The notes: a model not told the origin generated them from the sequence alone. A DNA stretch of 63,891 bases, filler included, from 16 parts of 16 records of this genome joined end to end with filler, not necessarily neighbours in it; one strand, 5' to 3'. Counted from the first letter of the whole stretch, positions 48,467 to 59,910 are shown. Numbers and translations are program-made.

Positions 48467-50292
48467 ATGCAGCCAGAGGAGCGTGCGGAAGCGGATCGTG
48501 GGCTGGCCTGCGGCGAGTGCGTCGAGACGGAGGCCCTGCAGGCCCGCGCCTCCGAAGCACAGGCGTCGCCCATGGACGAGTCCCCATCGGAACGGGTCGA
48601 GTCGGGCCCAAGCGCCGGAGGGGTGGCGGGTGAGACTGGGGAGGCGGCGCTGGCCAAACCCAAGTTCCGGGAGCAGCAGATGGTTAAAGCGCGATGGATG
48701 GGCGGAGCCAAGTTCTACGCTGGGATGGTCATTAAGGTGAACGGGGACGGGACGTACAACATCCGGTACAAAGGCGGGAGTGGGTTTGCTGCCGAGGACG
48801 AGGATGATGTGCAGGAGGACATGATCAAGGCCGATCTCGCCAAGAGCGACAAAAAGCTCCAGGAGTTTACGGTGGAGCGCCTCGTGGGCAAGCGGATGTA
48901 CAGGGAGAAGATCAAGGGCCTGGGCTCGCTGGTGCGGGTCCAGTATTTGGTCAAGTGGGAAGGGTACGACAAGCTCTCCGACAACACCTGGGAAGGCGCC
49001 GATGGGTTGCAACACCTGCCGCACCAGATCGATGCATTTGAGGCTGATGTGACTGCTGGGGCGGGCTTTGGTCTAGTGAACAGCGTTGTGCTGGTCAAGT
49101 TTGAGGAGGGCAGCTTCGTCGGGACTGTGATGGAGTTTGAGCAGGGCAGCCAGTATCAGGTGGAGTGGGACGGCAGCGAGGGCCTAGAGGCAATCGAGCT
49201 GGATCCCGAGAAAATTGGTGACGGCGAGGAGGGCTGGCGGATATTGGGTGCGTGACTAGCCGCCCTGCTGCCTGTGCTGAGTGCCCACGGTTGGCAGATG
49301 CCAGCGAGGCCGCCTCGGAGCGCGCCGCAAGGAAGGCGGAAGAGGAGCGGCAAGCTGCAGAGCTTGCGGAACTCACGCGACCCAGAACGCCTGCGGAGCT
49401 TGAGGAGCGTTACACCGAGGCGTTTGCAGACAAGCTGCAGGCAGAGGAACCTTCGGTGGCGTGGCTTCAGACCCAAGAGTACCAAGAACTGCTGGGAAAG
49501 ATGCGGGCGTCCAAAGATTCAATGCAGGAAAGCATCGCTGAAGAGTTCCATCCAGTGATAGCGGTGCTGCTCCAGAGTAAACATGAAAAGCTCAGCAAAG
49601 TGTCCAAGTGGCTGGCCCGTGAGATCTTTGGAGGGGAGGCTGACGAGCTGGAGGATATAACAGACACGCTCACCGAATTAGTGCCTGAGCTGGCAGCTCG
49701 CACCAAGTATTCTGTGAAGGGTAGCGAGGACCCCGCCCATGAATGGTGGCGTTGGGACATCAATCCCAGTAATCTATCTGCATTCCCAAAGGCAGCCAAA
49801 GCCGAGCTGGGTGCACTGAAAAGAGCGCGCGATACCAGGCATATTATCTGCTGCAGGCAGTGTGTTGATGGTGTGTGTCAGGGCAAAGGTTTTGACTCTT
49901 CTGTTCGAGATAAACTCGGAGCTGGCCCGATTCAGTGACAAGGACTCACTCAGCGACTTGCACAAGGTTGACGGCCGTGTTGGCCATGTAACCAGCTTTG
50001 TGTCAGGTGCAGACCCAGCTGGGCAAGCTTGGTGCTCTATGTCCAGGCCTGAGTGGCAACTTGTGTGCGGGCGCTCAGCGCGATTGCGAGCTGCGGGCCG
50101 AGATGAGTAAATTGGAGGCGATCCAGGCCAAGACGCTGGCCAAGGAACAGCGCTTGATTGAGAAACAGCAGGCCAAGGAACAGCGAGAGGTCGAGAAACA
50201 GCAGCGGGCCGAGCAGAAGGAGGAGGAGAAGAAACAGAAAGCACTCGAGAGGGAGCAAATCAAGGAGCAGCGGGAGATCGAGAAAGAGGCCG
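48467..50292 (+). CDS. CAF-1 large subunit (CHAF1A/FAS1-like) with N-terminal Tudor-like and chromo domains, 3' truncated
   Basis: Tudor-like VKARWMGGAKFYAGMVIKVNGDGTYNIRY and chromo FTVERLVGKR...YLVKWEGYDKLSDNTWE. Intron 49248-49297 joins in frame to IAVLLQ...LSKV...RTKY...WRWD (FAS1-like), followed by a K/E/R-rich coil. Confidence 0.65.
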
Positions 50293-50686
50293 NNNNNNNN
50301 NNNNNNNNNNNNNNNNNNNNNNNNNNNNNNNNNNNNTTAATTAATTAANNNNNNNNNNNNNNNNNNNNNNNNNNNNNNNNNNNNNNNNNNNNGTCCATTC
50401 GGCGTGGTGGTGGTGTACAGTACGACTGAGCTAAATGCTTGAGGTGGTCGGAGTTTTTCAAATAAAAATCTACACATGAAACCGAGGTGTTTGATTATCT
50501 AGTTATCATCATCATGAACAGTTAACCGAGGGCCAGCTAGCGCTTGAGCCCGAATGAGCCGCGTGAGCCGCTTGGCGCTCGGTCAAGACAGCTGCGAGCG
50601 AGACGCCCGTACACGGTCGACCGGGCGTAATTCTGATTATTTGCGCGCAAAGGGGATCACATCCCTGGGTGATCGGTGCGGCGGCA

Positions 50687-51990
50687 ATGGGTTGCCGGTG
50701 CTGCGGCGGGTGTCGCAAATGCTGCGCCGGCTTCCGGAGCCTCGGGCTGGAGGACCACGCCGCCAACACCGACTGCCTCCCGCTGAGCCAGTGGTGCTCG
50801 CACAACCCGTTCGGGCCGGCCCCATCGGGCTGCACCCAGTCCATCTGCGTCGTGGTGCCCCGCCGCCGAGTGCCCGCGACCGGGGGCAGGTTACGGCCCG
50901 TCTGCTCTGGCCGCTCTTGGTGCTAGGCCTGCTGGGCATGAGCGGGTTCGGGCTGATGTGCACTGTGAGCGGCGGTTGCGGGGGCGGGGATGAGCATAAG
51001 TGCGAGGCGGTGACGGCCGCCGGGTGCGCGCGTGACGGGCGGCAGGACTACATGATGATGGTGCTCACGTACTACCACGTCGGGTTCTATCTACTCGCCT
51101 TCCTGTCGATGCTCTGGGCGGCCACATGGGAAACCGCCCGGATCCGGAGTGCCCCCCGCTGGTCGGCCCGGCTCAAGTTCGGGGGCAGGTCGGCTGATCC
51201 TGGCGCTGGTGCTGTTCCCAATCGTGTGGACCTGGGCGGTCCATTTCGATATGACCAACCAGTGCGAGACTTACTACGAGGATAAGTGTGCCAGTGTGTT
51301 CAGTTACTCCAAGATTGCAGCGTACGTCGACATGCTCGTGTTCGTGCTGTTCGCGACGCTCGAGATCGCATCGTGCTGCGGGTCCGAGCAGGTGGACCTA
51401 ACGGTGCCGGACCATCTGTACTGGGGCGCCGCTGGCTCGGGCGGGTTTGATGAGCCGACTAAGCGGCCGCTGCTGGTCAGCTCGGATGTGAGCGGGATGG
51501 CCGGAGATGTGCGGGACTGGAAGGGGGTGGTGGACGAGCGGAACCGGACGCTCAAGGAGGCGGTGCAGCTGGCGAGCGAGACCCAGGCCACCTCGGCGGA
51601 CCAAGCGCGGATGCTGGGCAAGTATTCTTCGCTGATCGAAGAGTCCAGTGAGAAGGTCTCGCGGGCTTCCAACCTGCTTGACGAGCAGGCAAGCGGCCCG
51701 GCCGGTGCTGGCTGACGGGAGGGCCAGACGGAGAAGATAGGCGAGCTCAACCAGACGGTGACGGATGTAATTGCTGCGATCGGGGCGACTGGCGAGATAG
51801 ACCTGGGCAGCCTGGAGGGGCTGGTGCGCCCGCCCGATGGCCCGGGACTGACCGGGAGAGGCAGTCGGCTAAGGACGTGCGGCTGTGGTGCTTTGTGTGT
51901 TTCATGTGCTGCGTGATCGGGGTCGGACTGCTGATCGCGCTGCCCAAGTGGCTGCACTTGTTTGGAATCAAATTCGGGATCAATATATGA
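50687..51990 (+). CDS. Four-TM protein with SNARE-like coiled coil and C-terminal TM anchor
   Basis: Cys-rich start MGCRCCGGC, 4 hydrophobic helices, RTLKEAVQLASETQATSADQARMLGKYSSLIEESSEKV, and terminal TM LWCFVCFMCCVIGVGLLIAL. Five short introns, including GC-AG 51689-51727. Confidence 0.55.
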
Positions 51991-52342
51991 TGAGCCGCTC
52001 CTAGTCGATCAGATTGGTGCAAGCTTCCGTGACAACCGAGTTTGTGTGCAATGGCCAATGGCGCGATACCAAAAGATACAGTACAATTCATGTACTTGTC
52101 TGGATACAATATCGATAGATATCTTTCCACGACGTCGCTTCACAAGGCCTGTCGTGTAGGTATACTATTACTACAAGTATATAGATTGGAAAAAGACCAT
52201 TAAATTATCTCAGGTGCTATCCTCGTACTATGTTGTGTATCCTTACGACTACATTTACTAGCCGGCATAGCGGTTAACCCCGGCGCCCTACCGGCGCCCT
52301 AGAGCGCATAGAGTCTGCGGGTAGGGCCGTTACATTGGCCTG

Positions 52343-53482
52343 ATGTCGCCATATGGCGAGTCGATCCTGCGGCCGATCCTGCGGGCCGACAGGCGGGATC
52401 CGTTGGTGGCGGCCGGGATACTAGGCGGCACGATCGGGCTGCTGGCCGGGCTGCCGTTGTTGCCGTGGGTGCTCGCCGAAAACGGGCTGCACACGGTTGG
52501 CTCGGTGGCTTGGTCGGGCACGCTCGGGTTGGCCCCCAGCCAGCTGGCCGGCTGCCTGCTCGCGGCCGGCTGCCTGCTCGCAGGCCTGGCGCTCGCCGAT
52601 GCCTGCGGGCTGAGTTGGCCGGCCAGCTGGGGCCCGGTCGCCGGGTGCTATGCCGACATGTTCTGCGAGCCGGCTAGGGAAGGCCGGTTGGTGTCCCGGC
52701 CGGGCAACTGCTACTCCAACCTGCTCTACCTGGGCGGCGGGCTCTGCGTGCTTCGGTCCGTGGCGCAGGCCGGCGGGCTGGCCGGGTTTGGGCTGCCGGA
52801 CGCGGTTTTTGGAGCGATGCTGCTGCTGCTGGGGGCGACGTCGGTGCTGTGGCACGCGAGCAACAGGGTGGTGACGCACTATCCGGACTTGTTCGCGATG
52901 GACTGCTGCATCAGCTACCTGATTGTCAGGCACGGCGGGCTGCTCCTCCGAGTGGCGCTCGCTAGGCTGGGTGTGCCTGCACAGGCGGAGCTGGCAGGGA
53001 CTGGGTGCCTCGCCGTGTTCGCGTTGGTGATCTGGGCCAATGCGGTCAGCCAGTGGAAGAACGCGGAGTGTGGCCGGTTTGACCACAGTTTTCCCAAATC
53101 AGGGCGAGCTCGGCTGGAGGCTGGCGACATGGACGTGGCTAAGATGTGCATGTTCATGGGGCTACCTCTCTTGTTTATGATCATTCCGATTGCTGCCCAG
53201 CTGGCAATATGGTCTGTTGGCTGCCCTGCGCTCAGTGCGACTGCATCAGCTTACCTAGTGGTGGGGTGGGGAGTCAGGATGTTTGAGCGATTCGTGCTTG
53301 ATGGCTGCGCCCCGATGAACCTAATTGTCCGATCTGGGTGCTCCAGCAGTGCAACCACTTTCTTGGCTGCACTTGTGTCTCCGACTGCAGTACTCCACTG
53401 GTTCACAGGAGTTACTCTCATAACTGGGTACATGCATATCAAGACCTTAGACCGTGTCTTGGACGAACAAATGCACTTCTAA
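52343..53482 (+). CDS. Multi-pass CREST-superfamily (alkaline ceramidase-like) membrane hydrolase
   Basis: FCEP...GNCYSNLLY, SVLWHAS (SxxxH), downstream Asp, C-terminal LHW. Many TM segments. Intronless. Confidence 0.65.
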   Translation: MSPYGESILRPILRADRRDPLVAAGILGGTIGLLAGLPLLPWVLAENGLHTVGSVAWSGTLGLAPSQLAGCLLAAGCLLAGLALADACGLSWPASWGPVAGCYADMFCEPAREGRLVSRPGNCYSNLLYLGGGLCVLRSVAQAGGLAGFGLPDAVFGAMLLLLGATSVLWHASNRVVTHYPDLFAMDCCISYLIVRHGGLLLRVALARLGVPAQAELAGTGCLAVFALVIWANAVSQWKNAECGRFDHSFPKSGRARLEAGDMDVAKMCMFMGLPLLFMIIPIAAQLAIWSVGCPALSATASAYLVVGWGVRMFERFVLDGCAPMNLIVRSGCSSSATTFLAALVSPTAVLHWFTGVTLITGYMHIKTLDRVLDEQMHF

Positions 53483-53795
53483 TGTTGTTCAATGATTCGG
53501 TTCAAAGACCAAACGACAGACATAATTATGGCTTATAAACCGTTTGTTGACCAAGGAATAGCATCATGCTAACTAGATCCTAGTATCGATGCAGATAAAT
53601 TATTACTCTCCATGTACTCTCTAAGCGTCGAAACCCAAGCAATGATACACTCCATGTGTTGTACAAGGTTATGTGGGCCTTAGGGCTCCGACTTTNNNNN
53701 NNNNNNNNNNNNNNNNNNNNNNNNNNNNNNNNNNNNNNNTTAATTAATTAANNNNNNNNNNNNNNNNNNNNNNNNNNNNNNNNNNNNNNNNNNNN

Positions 53796-55107
53796 GGGTG
53801 AGTGTGTAAAACAGTTTCGAGCTACTGCAAACAAGGTTGGTTTGGTCCTAGAGAGCCTTCAAGAGCTCAATTACGTCGAGGCAGGGAAGAAAATCCTGAT
53901 GTGGCAGGTGAAAGCGGAAGCGTTGTCACTGAGTCAGGGGGATTGTGAAGAAGCAGAAGCATGCATGAAGATGTTAATCGAGATTCTTCAGCTAGAGGGC
54001 CACAACGAGGCTGCATCTAGAGTCAAGGACTTCATTAAGGAGCTTTTGAGATCTAGAGTGGAAGAAAAGCTGACCATGTATCATGACTCAGTTAAAGAAA
54101 ACCTAGAGGAAGAAAAGTCGATCATGTATCATGAAGAGAGCGAGTTATCCGAAAGAAGATTGCCTTCGCAAAGCGTCTACGACGATGCACAGGGGGAAAG
54201 AAGGGTTCACAATCTTTTTCCCTGTGACGAGGAAAAAGATTTGCTGTCACAAGGAAGGTCACTAGCTGATCAGAGGACAGGTGTCCACTTTGAATTAGAT
54301 CGACTTTCTGCTTCTAATGATTCATTTTTGCTAACAACAATCGCGGAGGTACTTGCAGCAGGGGAAAAGCGCCTGATTGAAGATATGGCGGCTCTGCCTC
54401 CTAGAATCAAAAGTTTACGTAGCGACGGAGCACGTTTGTCCCGTCAGCTTGTGGTGCTTGAAGATGAGGCTCGGGTCCTCACTAAAGAAGAGGAGTGTGT
54501 TCAACTGCACCTTACACAGCTCTCTACGCGTGTGCAGGCGCTTCGCCGTGCCTTGATCAAGATCCGGGACCGCAAGCAAGCAGTAAGTCAACGGAAAAAT
54601 GCCTTAGTGCAGATGCGTACAGCGCATGCATCAAGCTCGAAGGAGTGTGTGGATCAATTTGCTGACCTCAGCAAGGGCAGGGGCCACTTGCAAGAGTTGC
54701 TGCAGACTGACGAAGCTTCGATGACAAAGCTCGAGGATCGATGGAGTTGCATGGATTGGCTATCGATTGCGCCATCTAATATGCACATCAATTTGCTGGC
54801 AGACCTGTCTGTGAAATTTCAAGAGCGCGTGTCTGCACAGTTACAGGCCTTGCGGATTGAAAGAGATTCCATCTCGGCTGGTAGACCTGTCAATGGCTTT
54901 CTCAGCTTAAGTCACACTCAGCAGCAGCAGCATTCAGAACAACGCGAGATAAGCCTGGCTGGGGTAGAAGAAGTCAAAGAAGTCTGCGAGATTGAGCGAG
55001 CTCTGGAGTGCAGCTCTGTTGACGGGGCTTTGGGTGAAGAAAGTGTGCAACAAATTGGAGCACTGCTTTCCGAAAGTAACAATTTGATTTCTGAAATCAG
55101 ACATTGA
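53796..55107 (+). CDS. Hypothetical helical/coiled-coil protein, 5' truncated
   Basis: Open frame of 421+ aa with heptad-rich sequence. Visibly lower GC than neighbouring genes. Confidence 0.6.
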
Positions 55108-55454
55108 TTTGCTTACACTGTAGAACCCCCATAAGAACCTCCAGACGATGAATGCGGTACAATCAGTACTAGTACAATCATAGTCTAATTATACCGTACA
55201 TGTACGTACACGTACGTAATCTAGATCTAAACGAGGTACGAGTAAAAGTGTACACGCTATCTTAACACTATCTTTGGCAAGCTACCTTGCTCATTCAAAT
55301 GACAGTTGAACGATTGTCTACGATTGTGTGCTTGTTGTGATCTACAACATGCGAACGTGCATCCGCTGCGTTGCCGGAGATTCACTGTCGACGACGCGGC
55401 TGCACGTGATAACGCAGAGGCCTATGCATGTTGCTGCATGCAGCTAGCTCCACG

Positions 55455-57056
55455 TTATCTTCTGAACCCAAAGAATTGACTCATCTTAGGCTGTTTGCCC
55501 ACCTGTTCGGTGGGCTGTGCGAGCCGCCTCTTGCTCGCCGTGGCACCAGGCTTGGGAGTCAGTTTCACCGAGCCGCCGTCCGAGTCACCATCCTCGGCCT
55601 CCGCGCAAGCCACCACAAACTGCTTCATCGTCCGCTGCATCGCATCTCTATCCGCCCACTCACACCAAAAGTTACTCGCGGCCAGCCCAAGCTGCCGGAT
55701 TGGCTGGCATTTGCCGGCCTGCAGCGCCATCAGCAGCGGCACCGTGGCCTTCCCAATCTGATTGGCGGACTGCACCGCACACGCAAGTTCAACCGATTTG
55801 CTCTGCAGCTCAAAGTCGGTCCCTTTAATCTTGAGAGTCAGGTGACGCGCGCTCAGGTCCTCATCAATCAAGTGCTCAGCCAGCACTTCCGCGGTCTCGT
55901 GGAGCTTAGCTACCTGCTCGCCCAGACTGCCCAGCGCCGCGAATGTGCTCTGGTGGCTCATACCCTGCCGCCCGGCCACGCCATCCTTGACCGGGGGCGG
56001 CTTGAACGCCGAGCCGACCCCAAACGCGGCGGCTAGGACAAAGTCCGCCTTAGCCGGCGAGAGCAAGGCAGTGAGCAGTCCGCGCTGCAGGATCGCGTCC
56101 TGACAGCTGCCGCAGCCGAGCTTGGACAGCAGCAGCTCGGTAGCCTTCCCGATCCCCGGGATCTTGCGGAGCGGCATCGGGGCCATGAAGGCTCGGATCG
56201 CCTCTCTGTCGGCGGGGACCGCGAAAACTCCGTCTGGCTTGTTGACCTCCGAGCAAAGCTTGGCGAGCATTCGATTTGGCGCCACCCCCGCAGAGACTGT
56301 CAGCATAGTGCTCGCGTGCACCTGTTTGCGGATCTCTGCCGCCACCTCGCACCCTGTCACCCGGTGAGCGATGCAGTACTCCGTCGCGTCCAAGTACGCC
56401 TCGTCCAGCCCAGCAAACAGCGGTTTCGGGTCAAACTTGCGAAATACTTGCCGAATCGCGTCGGAAGCGGCCGTGTATTTATGGTAATGGGCCTCCACGA
56501 CGCGCAGCGACGGGCAGAGGGCCCTGGCAATGTGTCCCGGCATCGCCGAGCGGATCCCATACTTGCGCGCCACATAATTAGCAGTGAGAACCACCCCCTC
56601 CCCGACAATCATCGGCACATCTCGGAGTGACGGGTCGTCTCGGATTTCGACGGCCGCATAGAACATGTCCATGTCCAAGTGCAGCCACACCCGACCGAGC
56701 TCCCGCCGGGCCTCCAGCTCGCCCAGCCGGCTGACCGCCCGCTGCTCGGCCGCCGCCAGTTCCCCCCCGCTGAGCGCCCCCCTCCTCTCGAGCAGTCGCC
56801 CTGCCTTCTCCTCGGCCTGCTGGTCCAGCCTGGCCTGATGCTGCCCGTACGCCGAGCCCTGAACAATCTGGCGCACCACCTCTCGCACCTTGCCCATGTC
56901 CACGTCCTCCATCCCGGCCTTGGCGTTGGTGAACACACCGTCCACCTCCCCGGCCCCTTTCCCCTTCTCCTCGCAGTCGGCTCTCCTCGCGGGCGACGTC
57001 CCGATCCAGTCAACGCAAGCCGGCGGCTCCTCCCCCTCCTCCTCCTCCTCCTCCTC
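55455..57056 (-). CDS. POLK: Y-family DNA polymerase kappa (DinB), 5' truncated
   Basis: N-clasp NAKAGMEDVD...GSAY, HLDMDMFYAAVE, TANYVARKYGIRSAMPG, GLDEAYLD, AKLCSEVNKPDG, KIPGIGK, and C-terminal PIP-like QPKMSQFF. Confidence 0.95.
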   Translation of the reverse strand, partial: EEEEEEEGEEPPACVDWIGTSPARRADCEEKGKGAGEVDGVFTNAKAGMEDVDMGKVREVVRQIVQGSAYGQHQARLDQQAEEKAGRLLERRGALSGGELAAAEQRAVSRLGELEARRELGRVWLHLDMDMFYAAVEIRDDPSLRDVPMIVGEGVVLTANYVARKYGIRSAMPGHIARALCPSLRVVEAHYHKYTAASDAIRQVFRKFDPKPLFAGLDEAYLDATEYCIAHRVTGCEVAAEIRKQVHASTMLTVSAGVAPNRMLAKLCSEVNKPDGVFAVPADREAIRAFMAPMPLRKIPGIGKATELLLSKLGCGSCQDAILQRGLLTALLSPAKADFVLAAAFGVGSAFKPPPVKDGVAGRQGMSHQSTFAALGSLGEQVAKLHETAEVLAEHLIDEDLSARHLTLKIKGTDFELQSKSVELACAVQSANQIGKATVPLLMALQAGKCQPIRQLGLAASNFWCEWADRDAMQRTMKQFVVACAEAEDGDSDGGSVKLTPKPGATASKRRLAQPTEQVGKQPKMSQFFGFRR

Positions 57057-57414
57057 NNNNNNNNNNNNNNNNNNNNNNNNNNNNNNNNNNNNNNNNNNNN
57101 TTAATTAATTAANNNNNNNNNNNNNNNNNNNNNNNNNNNNNNNNNNNNNNNNNNNNATTAGAACCGGCTGGATTAAACCTCGCGAGGCCCAGTACCGCTT
57201 ATCCCATGACCCCCACGCGCTCTCTCGAGCGTTTTGATACCTCATGTGCAGGCACCAGTAGCCACCTCAATCGCTCGAGATCGGCGTCCGCAGCGTAACG
57301 GCAGCGCCAAGCTGCAAGGCCCAGGACGGCCGAGCTGGCGTCAGCGCTGCGACCAACCTACCAGGCGCTGCTCACCGGCCACACAGGGCCTCGTTTCGGC
57401 CGACTCGACACCAA

Positions 57415-58230
57415 ATGGGTGCCGGTGAGAGCTCGGGGCTCCGCGCGCTCATCTCCGGGCTGGACGGCGCTGGCAAGACCACGCTGCTCGTGGCAGCCGA
57501 GCAGGGCCAGGCACATCCAACGATCGCCACAATCGGCCAGAACCACGCCACGGTGCAGCTCGGCGGCCGCTCGGTGCAGGCGTGCGACGTCGGCGCCGGG
57601 GGCAAGGGCAGCATGATGTTCACTGCCACGCTGGAGTCGCTGCCGCCGCCCAAAGCGCTGGTGCACGTGATCCGAGCCTCCGACCCGAGGCTGTGCTCGT
57701 CGCTGTGGGAGCTGTGCAATCTAGTCTCAAAGCCCGATGACGCTGAGCTGCCAGTGTGTGTGGTTGTCATCTGTGACGACCAGCTCAGGTGGCAGAAAAT
57801 AACTCAGTTGGCCCAGCGGTGCCACCTGCCGCCCTCCGAGTTTATTGAAGATCCCGTGGCGCACGCGGCCAAGTTCCGCGCATTCTTGCAAGGAACGATG
57901 GATCTAAACAGCCCTGTGCATAGGCTGCGTAACAGCGAGGGCTGCCTACAACTGATATGCAAGTTGTACGACCGCACTAATAGAGGGGCATGGGCTGACG
58001 ATATCTGTGACGAATGGCTGCAAGATTGGCGGAATGTGAGGAGTCGAGGCGAGACGAGCTCACATGGGTTTAAAGTATGCCCAGACGAGCGGCCGCCGGC
58101 TCTAAGCCACCGAGGCCCGTGGGGCGTAGTACCAATCGTCGACATATGTAAAGAGCCACGCGAAGCACTCAAGCCGTTCTTATGGTGCCTTGATCATAGC
58201 AGCGACGCACTTTCAAGGAATAATAAATGA
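57415..58230 (+). CDS. Degenerate Arf/Arl-like small GTPase domain with unrelated C-terminal extension
   Basis: MG start, GLDGAGKTT, ATIG, CDVGAG (no Gln), no NKxD. Intronless. Confidence 0.65.
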   Translation: MGAGESSGLRALISGLDGAGKTTLLVAAEQGQAHPTIATIGQNHATVQLGGRSVQACDVGAGGKGSMMFTATLESLPPPKALVHVIRASDPRLCSSLWELCNLVSKPDDAELPVCVVVICDDQLRWQKITQLAQRCHLPPSEFIEDPVAHAAKFRAFLQGTMDLNSPVHRLRNSEGCLQLICKLYDRTNRGAWADDICDEWLQDWRNVRSRGETSSHGFKVCPDERPPALSHRGPWGVVPIVDICKEPREALKPFLWCLDHSSDALSRNNK

Positions 58231-58316
58231 TAAACATTTTTCGTATCAAGGCGTAATATGAGTCATTTGCATTTGCACGGAAATATAAGTCATTGAAGTC
58301 ATTTGCGGAATGTAAG

Positions 58317-59910
58317 TCAAGACATTTCCGTATCCGTCGTCGCGTTGCGGCACCGGAGCCCCGCCCGGATCGCGGGCACCGGGGAGCGGCCCGAGACGTT
58401 GAGGCATTGCATCGACCAGTCAGGCAACGGCCCCGTTCCGCTTGGCCAATCGAAAGCTACGCTCACGTCTGAGAGCTCGACCGCGACTTTGCCGTCAACG
58501 AAGATGCCGTCCACGGGCGCGGGCACCTTCGGCTCCCCGTAGATACCCCCCGCCGGCGAGAAGTCGTGCCAGCCGCCTCGGGAGGTCGAGTTGCCCAAAC
58601 CGCCTGCGATAGTGATCGACACATTCTTAAGCTTTAGCCCCCGGACCGCTCCGCGGCCCGCGATCGGCGGAGTTCCCGGCCCGGCATATGTGGCGAGCAG
58701 CACTCCCCCCTCGGCCCGGGCCTCCACATTCTCGAATGTGACGTTATTTATCCCACGGAGCCCTTGGGTTGCCGGGTCTGGACAGTCGGCCGGGTCTTGG
58801 GTGCACGCGGGGCTCGACACGGGCACCGATGTGACCACAATTGGCTCTCCGCTGCCCCAGAAGTTGGGTTGGTACATGATCTGGGTCTCGCTCCGGACAT
58901 CTCGGAACAGGAGCGAGTGGAAGCTGCCATTGCCGTTGCGCTGCCACAGCCCAATCCCGCGATTCGAGCTGCGGATAGTGATATCCCGGGCCTCGACATC
59001 GTACAAGTCGCCGTGGTTGAGCTGGAAGAGCGCCTCGGCCTTGATCGCCGCCGAGGTTGACGTGAGGGTCAGGTTCCGCAGCCTAATCCCGCGACACGGC
59101 TGGAACCGCCCGCCTTCAAGTGGCCAGGGGTACTGCAGCCGTTGGCAGTGCCCGGAGCGGAGCGCGATGCAGTCGTCGCCGGTCCGGAAAGTCGAGTCCC
59201 GCACGGTCACATTGGTGCACGACTCGATGTCGAGCCCGTCATTATTTCCGTACTGCAAAGCGCCCTCGACCACCACTCCGCTCTCGAGCACGTTGGTGCA
59301 CCGCCTAAACGTCTGCGTCCAGAACGCGCTGTCCGCAATCCGCACATTGGCCACAGTGAGGTTGGTCGAGTCGACTAGCAGCATATTCATGGGCCGACAG
59401 TCGGCGTCGCACCCGTTCACCCCCCGCCAGGTAGTCTGGATAAAGTGGTGCTCGCTGGCGTCCCACCCGGATATCATCTGCCACATTGACCCGCGCAGCT
59501 CACCGCCCAGCCGACCAGGGTCCGGCCCGATCAGCCCAGTGTTGGAGGCGTTCCAGGCCTGCAGTACGTTCCACTGCTCCCAGTCGTGCGCGTAGTCCAC
59601 TGGCCGGTTCGAGCCCTGCAGCACCGCCCCGGGCTCCAGCACCAAATAAACATTCGAACTCAGGTTTAGCGATCCCACCAAGTAGCCCCCCGGTGGCACT
59701 AGCACGTATGCGGGCGCGGCGCCAGTCCCCCGCCGGTAGGCCGCTCCCGCCGCATCGATCGCCCGCTGGATCGCGGGAGAGTCGACGGTCCGGTTGTCGC
59801 CCGCAGCGCCGAAGGCCCTGGCGTTAAACTGGAGCGGGCCACGGACAGGGTAAGGGTTCCAAACTGCCGCGGTCGCCACGGCGGCCGTCGCGAGGGCCCA
59901 CAGCGAGCAT
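58317..59910 (-). CDS. GH28-like pectin-lyase-fold glycoside hydrolase (ATG out of frame by 1 nt)
   Basis: FGAAGDNRTVDSPAIQRAID, VPPGGYLVGSLNLSSNV, NNDGLD, GDDCIA. ATG 59910 is one base off the main frame. Confidence 0.85.

Noticed and set aside
51148-51188. Possible GA-AG non-canonical intron
   Set aside because: A GT donor two bases downstream restores the frame, so a non-canonical donor is not needed.
21888-51715. In-frame TAG/TGA stops inside conserved genes, suggesting stop-codon reassignment
   Set aside because: The stops examined (e.g. 21888, 49255, 51715) fall inside short GT/GC-AG introns. TAA, TAG and TGA all terminate genes normally.
7205-57056. Apparent DNA-repair cluster (RecQ, DNA2, Pol kappa, 5' exonuclease, CAF-1)
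   Set aside because: Each gene lies on a different contig, so their proximity comes from concatenation.
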